Shown: positions 9,449 through 18,160 of the stretch, in pieces
Numbering within the stretch: position 1 is the stretch's first letter
Layout: each line of letters starts with the position of its first letter
Source: Cyanobacteriota bacterium
GTDB lineage: Bacteria > Cyanobacteriota > Vampirovibrionia > Gastranaerophilales > UBA9971
Direction: 5' to 3'
Length of the DNA: 64,000 nucleotides
Assembly (NCBI GenBank): GCA_022703625.1
Contig: JAKLDH010000001.1
Location: 12,157-76,156, forward strand
The notes under the pieces: model-generated
What the model saw: the letters and a program-made list of their open reading frames with translations, nothing else
Databases searched by the model: none
Told to the model about the DNA's origin: nothing
Program-made: the position numbers and the translations under genes

Positions 9449-10443
9449 AAACAAATTTATACCCTGTAACGATTGCCGGAATTGGAAAATATACGCCGGA
9501 AACAGTCATAACAAATAATGATCTTGAAAAAATCCTTGATACAAGCGACGAATGGATAACAACAAGGTCCGGAATAAAAGAAAGAAGAATTGTAAGCGGA
9601 AATGAAACAGGCGCAAGTCTTGCAGTAAAAGCAGGACGAGAAGCTCTTGAATATGCGGGGATTGATCCAGAAGAGATTGACCTTATAATTTGCGCGACAT
9701 CAATTCCTGACAACTTATATCCCTCAACGGCATGTGAAATTCAAAGAGATTTAGCATGCTCAAATGCCGCCGCCTTTGATATAACAGCGGCATGCAGCGG
9801 TTTAATTTACGGTTTAAATGTAGCCAGGAGTTTTATCGCTTCAGGCATTTACAAAAAAGTTCTGTTGGCTTCTGTAGATGTGCATTCCAGGTTTTTAAAC
9901 TGGGAAGACAGAGGCACTTGTGTGCTTTTTGGTGATGGAGCAGGAGCTATGGTTCTTACCAGAAGCGAAGATGAACATGATGACATTTTATTTATCGATA
10001 TAAAAGCTGACGGCGCAAAAAGTGAAGAACTGAAGATTCCTCTTAGCGGCAAAAATTGCCCGCTTGTTGAGCCGAACACATTTAAATTACCGCATGTAGA
10101 GATGAATGGAAAAGAAATTTACAAATTTGCAATAAATACAGTTCCTGAATCGATAAAAAAAGCTGTTGACAGCGCCGGAATAAACCTTAATGATGTTGAT
10201 TGTTTTGTGTTGCATCAGGCTAATATAAGAATTATTGAATCAATATCCTCTAAACTGGGCATCAATAGAGAAAAATTCTTTGTTAATCTGCATAAATACG
10301 GGAATACATCGTCAGCGTCAATTGTAATAGCCTTATCAGAAGCCATAAAAGAAGGATATATAAAAAGTCCTTCAACGCTTGTTTTAAGTGGTTTTGGAGC
10401 GGGCTTGACCTGGGGAACAGCTGTGATAAAATGGAGAGGTTAG
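9445..10443 (+). CDS. fabH: 3-oxoacyl-ACP synthase III
   Basis: Active-site 'AACSG', 'HQAN' and 'GNTSSAS' motifs. Overlaps the plsX stop by 4 nt. Confidence 0.93.
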   Translation: MKTNLYPVTIAGIGKYTPETVITNNDLEKILDTSDEWITTRSGIKERRIVSGNETGASLAVKAGREALEYAGIDPEEIDLIICATSIPDNLYPSTACEIQRDLACSNAAAFDITAACSGLIYGLNVARSFIASGIYKKVLLASVDVHSRFLNWEDRGTCVLFGDGAGAMVLTRSEDEHDDILFIDIKADGAKSEELKIPLSGKNCPLVEPNTFKLPHVEMNGKEIYKFAINTVPESIKKAVDSAGINLNDVDCFVLHQANIRIIESISSKLGINREKFFVNLHKYGNTSSASIVIALSEAIKEGYIKSPSTLVLSGFGAGLTWGTAVIKWRG

Positions 10444-10504
10444 CCGCCTAGCTTGAATAAATGAATGTTTGGGGGATGAAAATTAATCAGGAGATGATCA
10501 TAAA

Positions 10505-11449
10505 ATGAATAAAATTGCATTTATATTTCCAGGACAAGGATCTCAGCATACAGGGATGGGCAAAGACCTTTATGACAATTATGATAATGCAAAAGAATTT
10601 TTTAATAATATAGATGAAATATCAGGTAGAAGCGTGTCAAAACTTTGTTTTGAAGGCAGTGAACAAGATTTAAAACAAACAGTTAATTCACAACCGGCTA
10701 TATTAACCGTTTCTATGGTTGCATACGAGATTTTAAAGAAAGAAACCAATCTTACGCCTGATTTTGTTGCCGGACACAGTCTTGGCGAGTATTCAGCGTT
10801 ATATGCCGCAGGAGTTATAAAAGCAGGTGAACTTATAAAGCTTGTTCAGAAAAGAGCCGAGCTTATGAATAATGCCCCATCCGGCGGCATGACAGCAATT
10901 TTAGGAATGGATGACGCGCAAATCAGCGCTTTAATTCAGGAATCTTCGTCAGAAGGCATTATTTGCGCCGCAAATTATAATACTCCCGACCAAACAGTTA
11001 TAAGCGGCGAAATGAAAGCAATAGAAAAAGCTAATAAATTAGCTAAACAGTTTGGAGCAAAAAGAGTTATTTCTCTTGCAGTGAGTGGAGCTTTCCATTC
11101 GCCTTTAATGCGACCAATTTCAGAAGCTTTTACCAAATATATCAATGACACAAATATAAATGACGCTGAAATTCCAATTGTAACAAATGTTGACGCCAGA
11201 TCAACGATCGATAAAGCAGAACTTTCTTCAAAAATGATCAAACAGATGTATTCATCCGTTTACTGGAAACAATCTATAAGTTACATGGTGGATGCAGGCG
11301 TAAACACATTTATTGAAATTGGGCCTGGAAAAGTGTTATCAGGAATGATTAAAAAAATATCAAAAACCGCAAATGTTTATAATGTTTGTGATAAAGAGTC
11401 GCTGGAAAATGTAAAGCAAACAGTCGCTTCGTTTGTAAGTGCCTGGTAA
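10505..11449 (+). CDS. fabD: malonyl-CoA:ACP transacylase
   Basis: 'FPGQGSQ' and the 'GHSLGEYSA' nucleophile elbow. Confidence 0.93.
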   Translation: MNKIAFIFPGQGSQHTGMGKDLYDNYDNAKEFFNNIDEISGRSVSKLCFEGSEQDLKQTVNSQPAILTVSMVAYEILKKETNLTPDFVAGHSLGEYSALYAAGVIKAGELIKLVQKRAELMNNAPSGGMTAILGMDDAQISALIQESSSEGIICAANYNTPDQTVISGEMKAIEKANKLAKQFGAKRVISLAVSGAFHSPLMRPISEAFTKYINDTNINDAEIPIVTNVDARSTIDKAELSSKMIKQMYSSVYWKQSISYMVDAGVNTFIEIGPGKVLSGMIKKISKTANVYNVCDKESLENVKQTVASFVSAW

Positions 11450-11467
11450 GGATAGAGGAGTTTGTTT

Positions 11468-12211
11468 ATGAGTGATGATGTAAAAAGAATAGCCTTGGTT
11501 ACAGGCGCATCAAGCGGAATTGGAAAAGTATGCGCTGTAGAGCTTGCAAAAGAAGGATTTACAGTTATTATAAATTATTATCCCGTTCCTCCATGTGAAG
11601 CTGATGCCAATAATGTTGTTAAAGAAATTGAAAATATTGGAGGAAAAGCAAAAGCCATCGGTTGTGATGTTACTAACAGCAACGCTGTTAATGGAATGGT
11701 CGATGAAATTGTTAAAGAATTCGGTAGAATTGACGTTCTGGTAAATAATGCGGGCATTACAAGAGATGGATTGCTCATAAGAATGTCTGATGACGACTGG
11801 GAAAAAGTTGTTGCGACAAATTTCAACAGCGTTTTCTATGTAACAAGACCTATTGCTAAAGTGATGATGAAGCAAAGAAGCGGAAATATAATTAATATGG
11901 CAAGTATTACCGGAGTATACGGCAATGCGGGTCAGGCAAATTATGCGTCAACAAAAGCGGGCGTTATTGGATTCACTAAAACAATCGCCAAAGAACTGGC
12001 TTCAAGAGGAATTGTCGCTAACGCAATAGCTCCAGGGTTTATTGAAACACCGATGACAGAAAAACTGGATAAAGAAAAAATCGCCTCAAATATACCTCTT
12101 GGCAGGTTAGGAAAGCCCGAAGACATTGCAGATGTTGTTAAATTTCTTGCAAAACCCAATTTATACATAACAGGTCAGGTCATAGGAGTTGACGGAGGAC
12201 TTGTTATTTAA
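11468..12211 (+). CDS. fabG: 3-oxoacyl-ACP reductase
   Basis: SDR motifs 'TGASSGIG', 'NNAG' and 'YASTKAG'. ATG at 11468 is preceded by GAGGAG. Confidence 0.92.
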   Translation: MSDDVKRIALVTGASSGIGKVCAVELAKEGFTVIINYYPVPPCEADANNVVKEIENIGGKAKAIGCDVTNSNAVNGMVDEIVKEFGRIDVLVNNAGITRDGLLIRMSDDDWEKVVATNFNSVFYVTRPIAKVMMKQRSGNIINMASITGVYGNAGQANYASTKAGVIGFTKTIAKELASRGIVANAIAPGFIETPMTEKLDKEKIASNIPLGRLGKPEDIADVVKFLAKPNLYITGQVIGVDGGLVI

Positions 12212-12336
12212 AAAAATATTATTTTGTAACATAATTTTTTAGAAGGATAGACAAAATAATATTATTTCAATAAATATATATAAATATATTCATTTTATTA
12301 GTATGATCAAAGAGAATAATTTAAAAGGAGAAAAAA

Positions 12337-12579
12337 ATGAGTGAAACATTTGAAAGAGTAAAAAAAGTAATAGTAGAGCAATTAAGCGTGGAAGCATCGG
12401 AAGTAACTCCTGAAGCTAATTTTACAGCTGATTTAGGAGCAGATTCCCTTGATACAGTTGAGCTTGTAATGGCGTTTGAAGAAGAATTCGGCGTTGAAAT
12501 TCCTGATGAAGAAGCTGAAAAAATCCTTAAAGTTCAGGATGCTGTTGAATATATACAAAAACAAAAAGTAAGCAATTAG
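12337..12579 (+). CDS. acpP: acyl carrier protein
   Basis: '[19 protein letters not shown]' phosphopantetheine-attachment motif. Confidence 0.95.
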   Translation: MSETFERVKKVIVEQLSVEASEVTPEANFTADLGADSLDTVELVMAFEEEFGVEIPDEEAEKILKVQDAVEYIQKQKVSN

Positions 12580-12602
12580 TATTTGTTTATTAAATTATTA
12601 TC

Positions 12603-12663
12603 CTGAGCATAGCGAAGGGTCAAAGTATTTTATGATTAATCAGATTCTTCGCTTTTAGCTCAG
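12603..12663. repeat. family-D-like hairpin in the acpP-fabF spacer
   Basis: Arms CTGAGCATAGCGAAG (12603-12617) and CTTCGCTTTTAGCTCAG (12647-12663) pair as two 6-bp helices. The sequence word (CTGAGC.AGCGAAG) matches the D-type hairpins elsewhere in the window. Confidence 0.5.
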
Positions 12664-12727
12664 AAATATTTTGAATTATAATTATGTTTAAGTAGGAAAA
12701 GTTTAAAGTTATAAAAGGGAATTATTG

Positions 12728-13978
12728 ATGGTAAATAAATCCAGAAGAGTTGTTGTTACCGGGATGGGAGTCGTAACTCCGTTTGGAGTCGGTGTGGACT
12801 TGTTCTGGGAAAATCTTGTCAAGGGAAACAGCGGAGTTAAAACGATTACTCAAGTTGACTTGAGTAAGCATGACGTAAAAATTGGCGGTGAAGTAACAGA
12901 TTTTGAGCCTGGTAAATATCTTGATCAAAAAGAAGCGAAAAGAATGGATAGATTTACTCAGCTTGCAATGGTTGCCGCTCAGGAAGCTATGCGTGATTCA
13001 GGGCTTGATATGGAAAAAACTGATCCGACCAGAGTTGGAGTTATTGTAGGCAGCGCTGCCGGCGGTATGGCTACAATAGAAAAAAACCATGAAGCTATTA
13101 TGCAAAAAGGACCTTCAAAATGCAGTCCTTTTACAGTGCCGATGATGATCGTTGATATGGCTGCCGGAAGAATTTCCATAATGATTAACGCTAAAGGACC
13201 CAATAAAGCGATTGTAACGGCTTGCGCAACAGCTTCTCATTGTTTGGGAGACGCTTTTAGAACAATTTCATACGGAGATGCGGATGTCGTTTTTGCCGGA
13301 GGTTGTGAAGCTCCTCTTACTACTCTTGCAATGGCAGGTTTTACCAGCGCAAGAACTTTATCAAGACGAAATGATGAGCCTGAAAAAGCAAGCAGACCTT
13401 TTGATAAAGATAGAGATGGTTTTATTATGGCTGAAGGCGCAGGAATTTTTGTTCTGGAAGAACTAGAGCATGCTCTTGCAAGAGGAGCAAAAATTTATGG
13501 CGAATTTGTCGGCTATGGCGCAAATGCCGACGCAAATGATATAGTCGCTCCATGCGCTGACGGAGAAGGCGCTGCAAGAGCCATGAGGCTTGCTTTAAAT
13601 GATGCTGGACTTGAACCTCAAAAAGTTAAATATATAAATGCTCATGGAACAAGCACTTCGTTAGGAGATATTGCAGAAACAACAGCAATTAAAACTGTTT
13701 TTGGAGATTATGCTAAAAACGGACTTCTTGTAAGTTCAACAAAAAGCATGACCGGACATACATTAGGCGCTGCCGGAGCAATAGAAGCCATTGCTTGTTT
13801 AAAAGCGATGGAAACTAATATAGTTCCACCTACAATAAATCTGGATAATCCTGATGAACATTGCGATCTTGATTATGTGCCGCATACAGCAAGAAAAGTT
13901 GAAAATCTTGACGTTGTAATGTCAAATTCATTTGGATTTGGAGGACATAACGCTTCTTTAGTGTTTAAAAAATATTAA
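12728..13978 (+). CDS. fabF: 3-oxoacyl-ACP synthase II
   Basis: Active-site 'ACATASH', 'NAHGTST' and 'GHTLGAAG' motifs. Confidence 0.93.
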   Translation: MVNKSRRVVVTGMGVVTPFGVGVDLFWENLVKGNSGVKTITQVDLSKHDVKIGGEVTDFEPGKYLDQKEAKRMDRFTQLAMVAAQEAMRDSGLDMEKTDPTRVGVIVGSAAGGMATIEKNHEAIMQKGPSKCSPFTVPMMIVDMAAGRISIMINAKGPNKAIVTACATASHCLGDAFRTISYGDADVVFAGGCEAPLTTLAMAGFTSARTLSRRNDEPEKASRPFDKDRDGFIMAEGAGIFVLEELEHALARGAKIYGEFVGYGANADANDIVAPCADGEGAARAMRLALNDAGLEPQKVKYINAHGTSTSLGDIAETTAIKTVFGDYAKNGLLVSSTKSMTGHTLGAAGAIEAIACLKAMETNIVPPTINLDNPDEHCDLDYVPHTARKVENLDVVMSNSFGFGGHNASLVFKKY

Positions 13979-13997
13979 AATTTATAAATTCTTAATT

Positions 13998-14038
13998 AGC
14001 GGACGATTCGCCAAAGGCGAATCGTCCGCTAATTTTTT
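13998..14038 (+). terminator. rho-independent terminator after fabF
   Basis: Perfect 15-bp stem AGCGGACGATTCGCC/GGCGAATCGTCCGCT with an AAA loop, followed by AATTTTTT. Confidence 0.75.
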
Positions 14039-14092
14039 ACGCAATCCGCATCCACTTATAGTGATCTGTAAAAGGTTTTTGGAACTTAATAA

Positions 14093-14456
14093 TACCAAGT
14101 TGCAATCAATGTATACCAATCGAAATAAGTTTTCGTTAATTTATTAAAAAGCTGATACCTACAGCCCGCGCCGCCTTGCGGGCGGCGCGGACTGAGTAAG
14201 GATATAGCGAGTGTTTTGTAGCGCAAGCGGGAGTTTTAACTCATTCATGCTGCCGAAGGCAAAACACCCGTAAATTAAAGATTTACAAAAACCATCTTTT
14301 TTATTTAACGGTTTTTTAAATTAATTGGTATAGTATTAAATCTCCCTCCCCCTGCCCCCGCCCCAAGGGCGGGGAAGAAGAGTTGATAAGGGTTTTGCCG
14401 GTTACGCCGGCAAAACCCTTATCAAAAAATAATACTCTTTTGATTGCAACTTGGTA
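14093..14456 (+). mobile_element. family-A MITE (TIR TACCAAGTTGCAATCAA) carrying a nested family-B MITE
   Basis: Terminal inverted repeats at 14093-14109 and 14440-14456, flanked by TAA (14090-92) and TAA (14457-59). Collinear with the 53006 copy except for the B insertion. Confidence 0.8.
14114..14330 (+). mobile_element. family-B MITE (TIR TACCAAT...ATTGGTA), long subtype, nested in A
   Basis: Flanked by TA (14112-13) and TA (14331-32), while the paralogous empty site at 53025-26 has a single TA. Carries hairpins CAGCCCGCGCCGCC/GGCGGCGCGG and GTGTTTTG.../CAAAACAC, the latter with a ~35-nt loop insertion. Confidence 0.85.
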
Positions 14457-14460
14457 TAAG

Positions 14461-14511
14461 GATACAGCGGCTGGCTTCGCCAGCCGCTGCGACAAATATA
14501 AAATTATTTAT
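14461..14511 (-). repeat. family-F fragment (GGCTGGCTTCGCCAGCC hairpin plus AAATATAAAATTATTTAT tail)
   Basis: Matches the reversed F core seen at 60550-60604. Its tail overlaps the sepF stop codon (14508-14510). Confidence 0.6.
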
Positions 14512-14975
14512 CTGGCTTGATTCCACAAAGCTTCTTTAAGAACTTTTGCTTTTTCTGTTTCAGCTGAAATAGAAACATTTCTTGGGGTAAAAATAAATAC
14601 ACCCTCGCCGATTCTTTGCTGATGTCCGTCAACAGCATGAGTTGCGCCTGATATAAAATCCACAACCCTTTGAGATTGTTCTGCGTCAAGCAAATGTAAA
14701 TTTAAAATAATGGATTTTCTATCTCTAAGATTGTTTACAATATCAAGAGATTCTTCAAAAGTTTTTGGCTCTGTAACCATAACTTCAAACTGGTAACTGC
14801 TTTGATGAGCAACAACTTTTAAATTGGATTTACGTTTTTTGGGAGCTTCCTGAAGCTCTTCTTCTTCCTCAAACTGTTCTGCTCCGCCAAAGATTCCATC
14901 GTAATCAAAATCATTTTCGCCGATTTCCGGTTCAATTCCAACCCATTGTTTTAATTTGTTAACTATACCTGACAA
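14508..14975 (-). CDS. sepF: cell division protein SepF
   Basis: C-terminal DUF552 pattern 'SIILNLHLLDAEQSQRVVDFISGATHAVDGHQQRIGEGVFIFTP'. Adjacent to yggS as in ylmE-sepF clusters. Confidence 0.88.
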   Translation of the reverse strand: MSGIVNKLKQWVGIEPEIGENDFDYDGIFGGAEQFEEEEELQEAPKKRKSNLKVVAHQSSYQFEVMVTEPKTFEESLDIVNNLRDRKSIILNLHLLDAEQSQRVVDFISGATHAVDGHQQRIGEGVFIFTPRNVSISAETEKAKVLKEALWNQAR

Positions 14976-15018
14976 TTTATGTCCTCCCTATATTTCTTTA
15001 CTTAATTTTTAATCAGTT

Positions 15019-15669
15019 TTAACCAAATATTGCCTGTCCAATTCTCACCATAGTAGAACCTTCTTCACAGGCTGTCGTGTAATCATTGCTCATTCCCATT
15101 GATAATTCGGGAATATTAACTTTATATTCTGTTTCCAAATAATTTCTCAAATCTTTCAACCCTTTAAATACGCTCTTTTGAAGTCCCCTGTCTTTTGTGA
15201 ACGGAGCCATTGTCATAAGTCCTATTATTTCCAATGATTCCAGATTTAAAATTTCTTTAAAAATTTCTTTTATTTCGTTTATTTTAAATCCGTATTTTGT
15301 TTTCTCCTCCGCTATGTTTACCTGTAAAAGTATTTTTTGTTTTATCCCTTTTGATGAAGCCTCTTTTGATAAACTTTCAGCTAATTTAAAAGAATCTACC
15401 GAATGAATATACTCATAATTTCCCGCTACTTTTTTAACTTTATTTGTTTGTAGATGTCCCAAAAAATGCCAGTTTATATTTTTATTGATTTCTTCCGGAA
15501 GTTCGGCTCTTTTTTTTTCGGCGTCCTGAATTTTATTTTCTCCAAAATCTTTTATACCAGCTTGATACGCTTCTATAATCTTTTCGGAATTTACATATTT
15601 TGACACCGCAATAATTCGAGCGCCGGGTATTTTATCCTGAATTCCTGAATAATTCTCCTTTATTCCCAT
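15019..15669 (-). CDS. yggS: YggS/YlmE-family PLP-binding (PLP homeostasis) protein
   Basis: 'IIAVSKY' lysine motif, 'WHFLGHLQTNK' and 'LSMGMSNDY'. Confidence 0.9.
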   Translation of the reverse strand: MGIKENYSGIQDKIPGARIIAVSKYVNSEKIIEAYQAGIKDFGENKIQDAEKKRAELPEEINKNINWHFLGHLQTNKVKKVAGNYEYIHSVDSFKLAESLSKEASSKGIKQKILLQVNIAEEKTKYGFKINEIKEIFKEILNLESLEIIGLMTMAPFTKDRGLQKSVFKGLKDLRNYLETEYKVNIPELSMGMSNDYTTACEEGSTMVRIGQAIFG

Positions 15670-15897
15670 TTTTAAATAACTGATATCACTCCTGATTAAT
15701 ATAAGAATTCAAAACAATTTTTATATTTAACATTAAATCAAAATAATTATATTAAAAGAAATTGAATAATACAAATAATTGTTTAGTAATCATTCAAATA
15801 GATGGGTTTATTGTTGCGCAAGCGTTTTATATTGCGTTGCCAAGCTTGCAATGGCTAGAGATTATTATTTGCCGGACAGAGTGTTGCCAGTAATTTT

Positions 15898-15927
15898 TCT
15901 AACTTAAGTTAGAGAAATTTCTAACTT
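15898..15927. promoter_or_regulatory. operator-like palindrome upstream of flagellin 1
   Basis: Perfect 16-bp palindrome TCTAACTTAAGTTAGA (15898-15913) plus a third half-site TTCTAACTT (15919-15927), about 140 nt upstream of the ATG. Confidence 0.3.
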
Positions 15928-16062
15928 TATATGAATTTAAACAAGGCTTAACAAAGCTTAACATATATATTACAAGCGTGAAAATTTAATTTTACCAGGG
16001 TTAATTTTCAGATACGCCTTATTGTACGCAAGGAAGTAGTAATAGATAAGGAGAATCTTATT

Positions 16063-16914
16063 ATGAGTATTATTATCAACACAAACGTAAGCTCAATTTT
16101 AGTTCAAAGAAGTTTATCAACATCAACCCACAACATTCAGTCATCATTGGAAAAACTTTCAACAGGTTATAGAATCAACAAAGCCGCTGATGATGCGGCA
16201 GGTTTAAGCATATCCGAAAGCTTGAAAGCGCAGGGGCGTGGCGCTCAAGTAGCTTCAAACAACGCTCAAACAGGTATTAACCTTTTGCAAACAGCAGAAG
16301 GCGACCTTGCGATCATTCAGGAAAACTTGCAAAGAATCAGAGATCTTGCTATTCAGGCGGCAAACGGAACAAACGGTTCTGCTGAAAGAACAGCAATCCA
16401 GGCTGAAGTCCAACAGCGTGTTACAGAAATCGACAGACTGGCAGAGTCATCCGCATTTAACGGAATAAAACTTTTAGACGGATCAACAACTTCTGATCTT
16501 AAAATTCAAATCGGCGCAAACAGTAATCCGTCATTAAACTCAATCAGCCTTACAGATGGAGAAAATCCGCTGGAAAGCGCAACAGCTTCTTCTCTTGGAA
16601 TGACAACAGCTTTAGCTACAGCGTTTGGAACTACAGGCGCCGCGGCGAGTTTCATTTCTCAGATTGATGATGCTATTTCAAACGTGTCTTCAAGAAGATC
16701 AACAATAGGTTCTATCCAAAATAGATTAGAATCCGCAATTCAGAGTTTAAATATTCAGTATGAAAACATGTCAGCGTCTGAATCCAGAATCAGGGACGTA
16801 GATGTTGCTGACGAAGCCGCAAACCTCACCAAAAATCAAATATTGCAACAGGCTTCCGCTTCTCTGTTAGCTCAGGCTAACCAGGCGCCGTCGATTGCTC
16901 TAAGTTTAATATAA
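16063..16914 (+). CDS. flagellin (short, 283 aa)
   Basis: Flagellin N-domain 'MSIIINTNVSS...YRINKAADDAAGLSISE' and C-domain 'ILQQASASLLAQANQAPSIALSLI'. The central region is only about 60 aa. Confidence 0.95.
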   Translation: MSIIINTNVSSILVQRSLSTSTHNIQSSLEKLSTGYRINKAADDAAGLSISESLKAQGRGAQVASNNAQTGINLLQTAEGDLAIIQENLQRIRDLAIQAANGTNGSAERTAIQAEVQQRVTEIDRLAESSAFNGIKLLDGSTTSDLKIQIGANSNPSLNSISLTDGENPLESATASSLGMTTALATAFGTTGAAASFISQIDDAISNVSSRRSTIGSIQNRLESAIQSLNIQYENMSASESRIRDVDVADEAANLTKNQILQQASASLLAQANQAPSIALSLI

Positions 16915-16933
16915 AAAATCAATCACCCTGGTT

Positions 16934-16966
16934 GAGAGGCTTATCGGAGATAAGTCTCTCCTATTT
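16934..16966 (+). terminator. hairpin terminator after flagellin 1
   Basis: GAGAGGCTTATC-GGA-GATAAGTCTCTC (12-bp stem, one G.U) followed by CTATTTAAAAAAA. The T-tract is weak. Confidence 0.5.
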
Positions 16967-16991
16967 AAAAAAACAGTCCTTATTTCCCCCC

Positions 16992-17018
16992 TAAAGTTTC
17001 AAGGATTGAGTTCATAAA
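16992..17018 (+). promoter_or_regulatory. possible sigma28 (FliA)-type promoter for flagellin 2
   Basis: TAAAGTTT (16992-16999) matches the 8-nt -35 consensus exactly. The -10 region TTCATAAA (17011-17018) is only a partial match to GCCGATAA. Confidence 0.3.
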
Positions 17019-17041
17019 AAAAAGATAAGGAGAATCTTATT

Positions 17042-17893
17042 ATGAGTATCATTATTAACACGAACGTAAGCTCAATTTTAGTTCAGAGAAGTTTATCGAC
17101 TTCAACACACAACATTCAGTCATCATTGGAAAAACTTTCAACCGGTTATCGAATCAACAAAGCGGCTGATGACGCGGCAGGTTTAAGTATTTCCGAAAGC
17201 TTGAAAGCTCAGGCTCGTGGCTCTCAGGTAGCGGCAGCAAACGCTCAAACAGGCATTAACCTTTTGCAAACAGCAGAAGGCGACCTTGCGATCATTCAGG
17301 AAAACTTGCAAAGAATCAGAGATCTTGCTATTCAAGCGGCAAACGGAACAAACGGTTCTGCTGAAAGAACGGCAATTCAATCTGAAGTTCAACAGCGCGT
17401 TACTGAAATTGACAGGCTGGCAGATTCATCCGCATTTAACGGGATAAAACTGTTAGACGGTTCAGCAACTTCTGATCTTAAAATTCAGATCGGCGCAAAC
17501 AGTAATCCGTCATTGAACTCAATCAGCATTACTTCCGGAGAAAACCCTCTGGAAAGCGCAAGCGCATCTTCTCTTGGAATGACTACAGCTTTGTCTACAG
17601 CGTTTGGAACTGCAGGATCAGCGGCGAGTTTCATTACTCAAATTGATGATGCGATTTCTAACGTATCTTCAAGAAGATCAACAATAGGTTCTATTCAAAA
17701 CAGATTAGAATCCGCTATTCAGAGTTTAAATATTCAGTATGAAAACATGTCAGCGTCTGAATCCAGAATCAGGGACGTTGATGTTGCTGACGAAGCCGCA
17801 AAACTCACCAAAAATCAAATATTGCAACAGGCTTCCGCCTCTCTGTTAGCTCAGGCTAACCAGGCGCCGTCAATTGCCCTAAGTTTGATATAA
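17042..17893 (+). CDS. flagellin (short, 283 aa), tandem paralog
   Basis: Same length as flagellin 1, with about 20 substitutions clustered in the central region. The leader AGATAAGGAGAATCTTATT preceding the ATG is identical. Confidence 0.95.
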   Translation: MSIIINTNVSSILVQRSLSTSTHNIQSSLEKLSTGYRINKAADDAAGLSISESLKAQARGSQVAAANAQTGINLLQTAEGDLAIIQENLQRIRDLAIQAANGTNGSAERTAIQSEVQQRVTEIDRLADSSAFNGIKLLDGSATSDLKIQIGANSNPSLNSISITSGENPLESASASSLGMTTALSTAFGTAGSAASFITQIDDAISNVSSRRSTIGSIQNRLESAIQSLNIQYENMSASESRIRDVDVADEAAKLTKNQILQQASASLLAQANQAPSIALSLI

Positions 17894-17908
17894 AAATCAA
17901 GGCTTTTT

Positions 17909-17936
17909 AGAGGGGAAGAAAACTTCCCCTCTTCTT
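17909..17936 (+). terminator. hairpin terminator after flagellin 2
   Basis: AGAGGGGAAG-AAAA-CTTCCCCTCT followed by TCTT. Confidence 0.55.
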
Positions 17937-18160
17937 AGCTTAAGAGCTTAAAACAAACAGACAAGATTATTAAGAAGAAAAAATCAAGTAAGGTTTAATA
18001 AAACCTCTTTGTTTAAATTTTGCTCCAATCACCATCAGGAATGCGTTAAAGGGAAAATGAACCACAACTTACGTATCGTCGTTAATAATACTTAAATTCC
18101 AATTTTTGCTTAAACCGCGATACAAATGTTTAAACAAAATTGGAATTTCTTTATTAATAT

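Noticed and set aside
18094-18148. Inverted repeat AAATTCCAATTTT ... AAAATTGGAATTT upstream of the 85-nt element
   Set aside because: It is AT-rich with a ~29-nt loop and is unique in the window. It could be a weak terminator or a binding site, but there is no supporting evidence.
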